DNA of 54,825 nucleotides, filler included, from Sphacelaria rigidula (lineage: Eukaryota), in NCBI GenBank assembly GCA_964200075.2. It is 5 parts of 5 records of this genome, joined end to end, with 100 filler letters (N's around TTAATTAATTAA, not from the genome) between each part and the next. Parts side by side here need not be neighbours in the genome. Positions count along the whole stretch, not along the records: positions 32,956 to 43,840 come from CAXNAA020005738.1; positions 43,941 to 54,825 come from CAXNAA020005739.1; 3 more parts are not named here. One strand, 5' to 3'. The translations under genes were made by a program, and so were the position numbers. The notes below the pieces were generated by a model. That model did not search any database and was not told the DNA's origin. It saw nothing but the letters and a program-made list of their open reading frames with translations. How positions within the stretch are numbered: the first letter of the stretch is position 1; every line of letters starts with the position of its first letter. Below, one piece after another: positions 37,343 through 46,551 of this stretch.

Positions 37343-37455
37343 TGTGAATACACGGAGGCTAGTACGTTCCGTGGGCCCACCCTATTCGAGAGAAAGCACT
37401 GGGTGTGGAGTATCCACACGTCGCACATATCTACTCTGATGGATCTGAAAGCAGT
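37343..37455 (+). pseudogene. Degenerate TPR pseudo-exon inside the long intron
   Basis: After a CAG: CEYTEAST.../IREKALGVEYPHVA with a frameshift. Same register as the intact 42-aa TPR exons but divergent in DNA sequence. Confidence 0.65.
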
Positions 37456-38512
37456 CCGTTCCGCGTGGTTCGATGTCACAATACTCTCCAAACGATGGTC
37501 CCATTTCGGGCACGGCCACGACTATTCGAAGACTCGAGGTATCGCTTTCCTTTGTGATGAATATTTTCAGCCAAATATCATTTTAATCCGGAAAATAACG
37601 GATTCCCGATGCTTCTGCGCAATAATACGTCGTGCGCGTGGATATCAACCCAGGGTTGCGATTTCCTGCCAAATCCTTGCACAATTCTGATTGTTTACAA
37701 ATGCACCCATATTAGCTGATAGGAAGAATGCCGTTGTCTCCAATTCTTCTCTAGCATATAGTGAAGCATCCAGTCTAACTGTAGACCAAAACGGGGTTGA
37801 GTTTTCCATCTGGCACGTCGGCTGAAGTCCGGGCACACTCTCTCATTGGACATCCAAATCTTGTCTGCCAAACCTTCAAGGTACCAACGTCTACAATCGA
37901 TGCGGCCACTTAGTACGCTCCCTAATGATGTCGGCTTCCCGTTATCGTAGTGCACATCACCCCACTACGGTAGAAGCTGGACGTAGAAGGTTTGGGGTGG
38001 CTGCTGAGCTGACGGGTACATTTTGTGGCCCTTCTGGACTTCTCGCCGTATAAAACAATGACAAAGTACGCGTTTGATTTCTGACAACATGCCATGTAAA
38101 CTGTTTTCAGCGCCCTTTTCCAGGTCGCAACTCAGGTGAACAAGTCGAGAAATCTCTAACGTAGAGCCACATGTGTACCGGCACTCCAAGCTCACGTAAA
38201 CGAGCTTTTTTGGTCCGAAGTTAGGTAATGTTGGCTATTGTAGGGAATTTAGACCGACTACACTGCAGCCAAGGTTTCAAAACTGATCGTAATACATTCG
38301 AGTAATTCAACGGACCATACTCGCCTACTCGGTTCGCAGGATGCAGGGTAGGGAAGCGGTTTCGATATCAGTAACTTAGGACTCAACAATTTTGTCAATT
38401 CTATGAAATGAGGTTGTACACTAAAATGACTTTCAAGCACAAAACACTGTTCCCCCCCCCACTTTCAGAGATGATGCCTGATGACTTTTTTGTCGGCCGA
38501 ATGCCCCCTGAC

Positions 38513-38668
38513 CGCGTAGATACGTTTTCAGCGAGTTTTTCCAACTCTTGTGAGCTAAGAGCGCTGACCGTAACCGTCATTGTCCCTGACATCGCGTAGA
38601 TACTTTTTCAGCGCATTTTACCTACTCTTGTAAGCTAAGAGCGCTGACCGAAACCGTCGTTTTCCCTT
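38513..38668. repeat. ~80-bp tandem duplication inside an intronic repeat
   Basis: CGCGTAGATAC.TTTTCAGCG...CTCTTGT.AGCTAAGAGCGCTGACCG.AACCGTC occurs twice. Confidence 0.8.
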
Positions 38669-40640
38669 ATATTTGATGTCTGAAACTTTGCACGGATATA
38701 CTATGGGTCTACATGACATTTTCGATCAACGAGTCTTGTTGACGTTATGACCTCTTACCGTTTGCCTGGGTTCCGCTGGGTCGAAGTTTTCCCAAGAACC
38801 GTTACACTCCCGAAAAACGGTGAACAAAATCAAGAAGTACAAAAGCTTCTTTCTTCTAGAGTTGCGTCGTGAGCCATGAAACATCTGTGCAAACGTTTGA
38901 GGGCGAACCAACTCCTGGAAACGTCATGAAGTTCTGTAGATGCGTATGTTTAGGCTCGATACGCGTGAGCGAGTCTGTAATTACGGTTGATATTTGGGGT
39001 GACGTATTTTTCAGTTTTGGGACGTTTGGCATGGCTTCTGCCTCCCAATTAGGGTAGATCACCATTACACGAGCTAGACACCTCGTATCATGTCACTGGG
39101 AGGCGTCTCGCCCACTTTTCCGATTCACTTGGCTCCGAGATTTGGAGGATTGCCTCCGGATAAAAACGGGTGAACATAGAAAATGTGGGCACGGTGTGGG
39201 AAAATCTAGAGATCACTTCAGCTTACTGCAGACACCGCATTTTCATGTCTGGCTGTATATTTTTCGGAGGCCATCCTCGAAACCTCAGAGCCAAGCGAAT
39301 CGGAAATTTGGGCTAGCACCCTCTCAGTGAGGTAATCTCAAGTACCCGAGACACGTGACGGCGATATTCCCTGTTTAACCGTAATGCCCCGAGAATGAAA
39401 CTAATCCCCCCAAGAAACAACAGTAAAAAACACCCCAAACGAAACGCTCCCACTCGAATGTTCGAGAGTAATATACCGTTCAGGCGGTAGATTTGTGGAA
39501 ATAATCTTTTTCGCCCATGGACAGTATAAGGCTGAACTGCGCTCTTTCTCCCGACGTATTTCAAAGGACAGGTACAGCATATATCCCCAACTGATGTGCG
39601 GAAGACTTCCCCCCCCCCAAAAAAGTGTCTGTGGTCTATTTCATCACTTTCACGATTCTGTACCAAAGGAGTACCTTCAGGGGCGCAAAACGTGATCGTG
39701 TAGCTTTTATTTACTGAGCCTAAAACTTGATCATGAGCAACGATATCTCCATCGGCACGACGCTGCTCGCGCTTGGAACGTGGGTGATGCTCAGGTCCGT
39801 GCGGTGTGGGTTCTGGGAAGCATATTGATGTCCGTTGACGCGTTGCAACGAATGTTGCTCGTCCTTTCATTTCGCACTGTATTATCCCGCGATTGATGTA
39901 AACCAATGACTGAGTATATTTGGGTGTACGTCATTCGCCAGTGTAAACCCATGAAATACATCTGTGCAGACGGTACTCTGAGACGGCGAAGAGAGGGTAG
40001 GACTTTTCGAAGTTCGCTTCGCAACGTACAACATGAACCCTTTGCGCAGTAGACTGTATCCTTACTAATACAATACCGAAGACCCACACAGGACCGTAGA
40101 CGTGCGCCAAATGATATAACTAGCAGGTTATTGCCCGGGGCGAAGGATTGGGGCGGCTATAAATGCTTTCCCGGTTTCGCGATAAACTTGAAGGTGGAGG
40201 AACATTGTCTAATGTGCAGCTGGTGTCATTTCACAAGTGGTAAAATCGTAGTTTGGAGGAATCGTTAAGACACGTCGACTCCGCTGATGCTATGCTGGCT
40301 GCTATACTGCATCCAATCCATGCAAGACTCAACGGTGCCGACCATCTACGAAACTGCTCTGTGGTGTTATCTCAGTGGGTCCTTCGCGTTTTCATCGTAC
40401 CAAGTGGGTTTGTTTGACGGTCTACGCCGTAACCCTGAAGTATGGCTAGTGCCGGATGTCCAGAAAACGTGTACGGTACAGTATAAACTTATGTCGAAGA
40501 CGAGTCCCTTGGCCTGGAGCGTCTTGATACTACCGTGCGGGTCATCGAATGGATGTCGTGATCTCTTGACTTGAATTCGCTATACTTCGGATGAGATTGT
40601 CACTGACGAACCCTGTCTCCCGTTGTCGATGGAACGCCAG

Positions 40641-40766
40641 AGCAAGTTGGCCGAGGCCGCACGCCTCTACGAGCAGTGCCAGTCGATCAGGGAAAAGGTC
40701 CTCGGCCCGGAGCACCCTGCGTTGGCCGCAACGCTCAACAACCGCGCGCGGTTGTTGCAAGCTCAG
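40641..40766 (+). CDS. TPR exon 1: SKLAEAARLYEQCQSIREKVLGPEHPALAATLNNRARLLQAQ
   Basis: 126 bp, phase 0, CAG|...|GTGAGA. Kinesin-light-chain-type 42-aa TPR. Confidence 0.92.
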
Positions 40767-41062
40767 GTGAGAGCCGGGGCGACGTTGTCGTGGTCTTGTG
40801 TGTCGACGTATGGACGAGATGGTGTGTTGTAGATGTTGTCGCGCTAGTGCGGTGTGCCGACGTTGACTGCGACTGTGCGTTCGGCCAAGCCAACCCGTTG
40901 TAGCTGTGAGCCGTCGAGATCGGGCATGGTAGTTTTGGCATTACGCACACATCGGTCGGCGGCTGCAGACGTTGGCGGAGCGGCGGCCGGAGCGTGTCGG
41001 GGCCGTTGTTGGTCCGACGTTGACTGTTGTGTGGTGGCGGCGCGTCGTGTACTACCTTGCAG

Positions 41063-41188
41063 GGCAAGTTTGACGAGGCCGCGCGCCTCTACGAGCAGTG
41101 CCAGTCGATCATGGAGAAGGTCCTCGGCCCGGAGCACCCTGATTTGGCCACAACGCTCCACAACCGCGCGGGGTTGTTGCAAGCTCAG
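41063..41188 (+). CDS. TPR exon 2: GKFDEAARLYEQCQSIMEKVLGPEHPDLATTLHNRAGLLQAQ
   Basis: 126 bp, phase 0, TTGCAG|...|GTGAGA. Confidence 0.92.
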
Positions 41189-41484
41189 GTGAGAGCCGGG
41201 GCGACTTTGTCGTGGTCGTGTGTGTCGACGTGTGGACGAGATGGTATGGTGTAGATGTTGTCGCGCTGGTGCGGTGGGTCAGGGTCGACTGCGAGTGTGC
41301 GTTCGGCCAAGGCAACCCGTTGTAGCTGTGAGCCGTCGAGATCGGGCATGGTAGCTTTGGCCCTGCGCACACATCAGTCGGCGGCTGCAGACGTTGGCGG
41401 AGCGGCGGCCCGAGCGTGTCGGGGCCGTTGTAGGTCCGACGTTGACTGTTGTGTGGTGGTCGTGCGTCGTGTACTACATTGCAG

Positions 41485-41610
41485 GGCCACTTGGCCGAGG
41501 CCGCGCGCCTCTACGAGCAGTGCCAGTCGATCAGGGAGAAGGTCCTCGGCCCGGAGCACCCTGCGTTGGCCACAACGCTTAACAACCGCGCGGGGTTGTT
41601 GCGAGCTCAG
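41485..41610 (+). CDS. TPR exon 3: GHLAEAARLYEQCQSIREKVLGPEHPALATTLNNRAGLLRAQ
   Basis: 126 bp, phase 0, canonical splice sites. Confidence 0.92.
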
Positions 41611-41903
41611 GTGAGAGCCGGGGCGACGTTGTCGTGGTCGTGTGTGTCGATGTGTGTACGAGATGGTGTGGTGTCGACGCTGTTGCGCTGGTGCGGTGGG
41701 TCAGGGTCGACTGCGAGTGTGCGTTCGGCCAAGGCAACCCGTTGTAGCTGTGAGCCGTCGAGATCGGGCATGGTAGCTTTGGGCCTGCGCACACATCAGT
41801 CGGCGGCTGCAGACGTTGGCGGAGCGGCGGCCCGAGCGTCTCGGGGCCGTTGTAGGTCCGACGTTGACCGCTGTGTGGTGTGGCGTCGTGTACTACATTG
41901 CAG

Positions 41904-42029
41904 GGCAAGTTTGACGAGGCAGCACGCCTCTACGAGCAGTGCCAGTCGATCATGGAGAAGGTCCTCGGCCTGGAACACCCTGCGTTGGCCACAGCGCTCA
42001 ACAACCGCGCGGGGTTGTTGCGAGCTCAG
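41904..42029 (+). CDS. TPR exon 4: GKFDEAARLYEQCQSIMEKVLGLEHPALATALNNRAGLLRAQ
   Basis: 126 bp, phase 0, canonical splice sites. Confidence 0.92.
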
Positions 42030-42325
42030 GTGAGAGCCGGGTCGACGTTGTCGTGGTCGTGTGTGTCGATGTGTGGACGAGATGGTGTGGTGTAGATGTT
42101 GTCGCGCTAGTGCGATGGGTCGAGGTTGACTGAGAGTGTGCGTTCGGCCAAGCCAACCCGTTGTAGCTGTGAGCCGTCGATATCGGGCATGGTAGCTTTG
42201 GCCCCGCGCACACATCGGTCGGCGGCTGCAGACGTTGGCGAAGCGGCGGCCCGAGAGTTTCGATGCCGTTGTAGGTCCGACGTTGACTGTTGTGTGGTGG
42301 TCGTGCGTCGTGTACTACATTGCAG

Positions 42326-42451
42326 GGCAAGGTGGCCGAGGCAGCACGCCTTTACGAGCGGTGCCAGTCGATCATGGAGAAGGTCCACGGCCCGGAGCAC
42401 CCTGCGTTGGCCACAACGCTTAACAACCGCGCGGCGTTGTTGCAAGCTCAG
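42326..42451 (+). CDS. TPR exon 5: GKVAEAARLYERCQSIMEKVHGPEHPALATTLNNRAALLQAQ
   Basis: 126 bp, phase 0, canonical splice sites. Confidence 0.92.
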
Positions 42452-42747
42452 GTGAGAGCCGGGGCGACGTTGTCGTGGTCGTGTGTGTCGACGTTTGGAC
42501 GAGATGGTGTGGTGTAGATGTTGTCGCGCTGGTGCGGTGGGTCGAGGTTGACTGAGATTGTGCGTTCGGCCAAGGCAACCCGTTGTAGCTGTGAGCCGTC
42601 GATATCGGGCATGGTAGCCTTGGCCCTGCGCACACATCAGTCGGCGGCTGCAGACGTTGGCGGAGCGGCGGCCCGAGCGTGTCGGGGCCGTTGTAGGTCC
42701 GACGTTGACTGTTGTGTGGTGGTCGTGCGTCGTGTACTACATTGCAG

Positions 42748-42873
42748 GGCCAGTTGGCCGAGGCCGCACGCCTCTACGAGCAGTGCCAGTCGATCAGGGA
42801 GAAGGTCCTCGGCCCGGAGCACCCTAATTTGGCCACAACGCTCAACAACCGCGCAGTGTTGTTGCAAGCTCAG
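42748..42873 (+). CDS. TPR exon 6: GQLAEAARLYEQCQSIREKVLGPEHPNLATTLNNRAVLLQAQ
   Basis: 126 bp, phase 0, canonical splice sites. Confidence 0.92.
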
Positions 42874-43169
42874 GTGAGAGCCGGGGCGACGTTGTCGTGG
42901 TCGTGTGTGTCGATGTGTGTACGAGATGGTATGGTGTTGATGTTGTCGCGCTGGTGCGGTGGGTCAGGGTCGACTGCGAGTGTGCGTTCGGCCAAGGCAA
43001 CCCGTTGTAGCTGTGAGCCGTCGAGATCGGGCATGGTAGCTTTGGCCCTGCGCACATATCGGTCGGCGGCTGCAGACGTTGGCGGAGCGGCGGCCCGAGC
43101 GTGTCGGGGCCGTTGTAGGTCCGACGTTGACTGTTGTGTGCTGGTCGTGCGTCGTGTACTACATTGCAG

Positions 43170-43295
43170 GGCAAGGTGGCCGAGGCCGCGCGCCTCTACG
43201 AGCAGTGCCAGTCGATCATGGAGAAGGTCCTCGGCCCGGAGCACCCTGATTTGGCCACAACGCTTAACAACCGCGCGGGGTTGTTGCAAGCTCAG
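43170..43295 (+). CDS. TPR exon 7: GKVAEAARLYEQCQSIMEKVLGPEHPDLATTLNNRAGLLQAQ
   Basis: 126 bp, phase 0, canonical splice sites. Confidence 0.92.
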
Positions 43296-43591
43296 GTGAG
43301 AGCCGGGGCGACGTTGTCGTGGTCGTGTGTGTTGATGTGTGTACGAGATGGTATGGTGTTGATGTTGTCGCGCTGGTGCGGTGAGTCAGGGTCGACTGCG
43401 AGTGTGCGTTCGGCCAAGGCAACCCGTTGTAGCTGTGAGCCGTCGAGATCGGGCATGGTAGCTCTGGCCCTGCGCACACATCAGTCGGCGGCTGCAGACG
43501 TTGGCGGAGCGGCGGCCCGAGAGTGTCGGGGCCGTTGTAGGTCCGACGTTGACTGTTGTGTGGTGGTCGTGCGTCGTGTACTACATTGCAG

Positions 43592-43717
43592 GGCCAGTTT
43601 GATGAGGCCGCACGCCTCTACAAGCGGTGCCAGTCGATCAGGGAGAAGGTCCTCGGCCCGGAGCACCCTGATTTGGCCACAACGCTCCACAACCGCGCGG
43701 GGTTGTTGCGATCTCAG
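43592..43717 (+). CDS. TPR exon 8: GQFDEAARLYKRCQSIREKVLGPEHPDLATTLHNRAGLLRSQ (gene continues beyond the contig end)
   Basis: 126 bp, phase 0, canonical splice sites. No stop codon before the spacer. Confidence 0.92.
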
Positions 43718-43840
43718 GTGAGAGCCGGGGCGACGTTGTCGTGGTCGTGTGTGTCGATGTGTGTACGAGATGGTATGGTGTTGATGTTGTCGCGCTGGTG
43801 CGGTGGGTCAGGGTCGACTGCGAGTGTGCGTTCGGCCAAG

Positions 43841-43940
43841 NNNNNNNNNNNNNNNNNNNNNNNNNNNNNNNNNNNNNNNNNNNNTTAATTAATTAANNNN
43901 NNNNNNNNNNNNNNNNNNNNNNNNNNNNNNNNNNNNNNNN
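43841..43940. other. Artificial contig spacer
   Basis: 44 N + TTAATTAATTAA + 44 N. Confidence 0.98.
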
Positions 43941-45791
43941 CGGGACCGGTCATGACGTGCCCGTTTATTGTGTAATATGTTGTAGATGTTTTTTTTTTTT
44001 GTCTTTTCGGTCGAGAGTTTTAGGAGCGAGCGCTATATATACCTGACGCCCCCGTCTGGTATCATTGCGCTCTTTCCCAACCGCTCCGTTCACGCATACC
44101 GCCTCCCTCTTCAGGATCGGTCGTGACGTGTCCCCTTTTTGTGTGCGTACCACGCTGATCTTTGTCTTCACATGGGCGATAGTAGCCGAAGCCGAGTGCC
44201 TGAAATGTTTTGACCTTCTTGATTGAACCTTTTGACTCTGCATGCTTCATACACACGATAACCGCTCCCGTTTACAAGGACGGTTGCCACGTGTTATTTT
44301 TCTGCTTTATGTTGCGGATCTTCGTTTTCGCTGTTGCCCAGCGTTCCCCTGGTTTTATATTTATTTTGGTTTTGGCTTCTGCGTCTATGTCGGGAATTTT
44401 GCCACGAGTGTTCCAACGTTCCTGACCCTCGAGTCTAGAACCCTTGGCCTACTTTGTTTTTGCGAGTTCTGCCGCATATGACCGACCTCGTTTATAGGAG
44501 GGTCACGGGTAATGCGGCGCGATGATTTTCACTTCGGTTATTGGTAAGTTACAACGAGGCCACCACTGGCCGCGTCGTACATGGCGGTGTTGAATAATTG
44601 GTATTGAAGTCGCGGTATGATCGGTTGCAAACGCCTCCTCACACAGGACCATTTCGTTTCATGATAAGGTAGATTGCTCTTTCGGAACTGTCCGTTCCAC
44701 CATGTCGATATTCGACCATTGGTACAGCCCTCAGGCTCAGAGTTCGCCACTCGCTATTTTTTCATGTCACTCCTACCAGTGTTTTGCGTACAATTACCCG
44801 CCCCTGAAATCGGTCGGTGGTGTTTTGTTTTTATTAGGGATTATTTGACGAAGTAACGTGACGGTACGACCGGCTGTGGGTTTTTACTCCAGTATGTGTT
44901 CGGGCCAGTCTCGTTTTAGTCCGAACGGGCAAATACTGTGAGGAGTGGGCTGCGTTGGTCATCTCTGTCCTGTGTATCTGTCGGGGTTCAGAAATGTGCT
45001 GAGCGATCCGCCTCGGAAATACGTAGTAGGACCGAAGGTTGTGTACCGTTCACTACGTTTCTTTTGACGTATACGGACACCTGACCTCACAAACCGGTCG
45101 GTTGTTCTTGTATCGTCGTGTGAAACAAACAAAATGCTGTACGGCTGGATCATCAACCAGACGTCCCAAGCAAGTCGCTGCTCTCACAAACATGTACCGA
45201 CAAGTAACTCACGTCAAACGGGTTGATTTGTCCGTGTCATGCTACTTGATTTTTTTCATCAACGTATGGTTTTCGCGGGAAACTACCATTTCCGCGACGA
45301 ATTCGGCTGTACGTTGTTAGCTTTTGCTGATTGACTGGGACGAGTGATTAGCATGAACTTGGTTATAGGAGTGATATAATGCCTTGGCAGGCTTGCTTGT
45401 TTTTCTACCAGTGCCTAAAACAAATCGGACTTTCAGAACAGAGTGAACTATTTATTCATGGTATAGTTATGGCAGGGCAGGCTTATCGTTTCAATGATAG
45501 GTCTCTAATTTCTTGCGACTATCCCGGAAATGCTCACGACATTCTGAAGACACTGAATTTTTGTGGTATATGGCTTGAATTTTTATTTGGATTTTTTGAA
45601 TTTTTTTGGATTTCCCATGACGTCGTCTGAAATGCTCACGGAACATGAGGACACTGAATTCTTGTATCGGTTCGTTTTTTTCTGGCTTTGTTTGTGTTTC
45701 TGTTTCTGTTTTTCCTGTTTTTTGTATTGGTCGCACCTCATGGTTTCCCGTACCAACGAAGACGCCATCTTCAAAATGAGTAACAGTTTTC

Positions 45792-46531
45792 TGTGGCGTG
45801 GGAGAGGTGTGGCTCGATGCAAGTTCGTCTCTTTTTGAAAAGGAACTGCACATGAACGATCCAGGATGGGCTAATGTGATGGTAAATGACTGCGTGCCTG
45901 GATCAAACTGGTTCTTTGGGATTCGCAGATGTTCCCCAGAAACGACCGGGAGGTATGGAAAGATTCTAGTCGAATGTATGCTGTATAAGGCAGGAATTGG
46001 ATTGTTTTTATTGTTGAAGCGTTGATGTTGGAAAAGGATTATACCCGATTAGCCGCGTGTACCTGCTGCTACTACAGCCTTGATTGGCTAAAAGCACGGC
46101 GTGTCACGCTGATTTGGTAGTATGACGGGGTTGTATGCGAGTCAGGATGAGGGCGAACAGTACGCTGACCCTCGCGTACGGGGTTCACTCGAACCATCGA
46201 CCAGTCTTCAGGCCTCATTGGATATAAAGAAGAACTTTTACGCGTCATCTTCCCATCGATCCCCTGTCTTCAGTGTCGCGAGTCCACAGCCTTGACGGGA
46301 GTCTTAGCTGTGCTGTACGATCACCCTCATCCACGATTGGTATTGTATACTGGCTTCGGGGCTATGTGGTTTTCCCCTTTGACAGCTGGGCTGTTGTATT
46401 GAGCGATTGAAACAGCAGTTTGAGTCTTGCAAGTCGAACCAGGATCGCTTGCTGACACCTCACAAGGGTGTGGTTTGCTTGCATTCGGCGTATACGGCTT
46501 TACTGCTTGCGGCATTGCCTATACCGCCACA
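45792..46531 (+). repeat. Putative LTR of the downstream Gypsy element (start at 45792 or 45808)
   Basis: TGTGGC(G)...(C)GCCACA terminal inverted dinucleotide-plus repeat, internal TATAAA at ~46224, immediately followed by a PBS-like sequence. The second LTR is not in the window. Confidence 0.6.
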
Positions 46532-46534
46532 TTA

Positions 46535-46551
46535 TGGGGCTTCAGCTGAGA
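46535..46551 (+). promoter_or_regulatory. Putative primer-binding site TGGGGCTTCAGCTGAGA
   Basis: Begins TGG 3 nt after ...CA. The reverse complement parses as a tRNA 3' end: CTCAG (T-stem) + CTGAAGC (acceptor strand) + C + CCA. Confidence 0.6.

Larger units (their letters stand above)
40641..43840 (+). repeat. Tandem array of at least 8 exon+intron cassettes (period 422 bp, one of 419 bp), truncated by the contig end
   Basis: Units start at 40641, 41063, 41485, 41904, 42326, 42748, 43170 and 43592. Both exon and intron are highly similar among units. Confidence 0.97.

Noticed and set aside
40767-41062. V(D)J-type recombination signal sequences in array introns
   Set aside because: No CACAGTG heptamer or ACAAAAACC nonamer pair was seen by eye.
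40641-43840. Regular array as a CRISPR array or DGR-like template/variable repeat system
   Set aside because: The units are 422-bp exon+intron duplicates with no unique spacers and no cas genes. Variation is not adenine-specific. The nearest RT is a Gypsy pseudogene on a different contig.
40676-43888. Many repeated ORFs in alternative frames and on the minus strand (e.g. ...RSAKATRCSCEPSRSG...)
   Set aside because: By-products of a GC-rich tandem repeat. Only the 126-bp TPR exons have splice sites and a recognisable domain.
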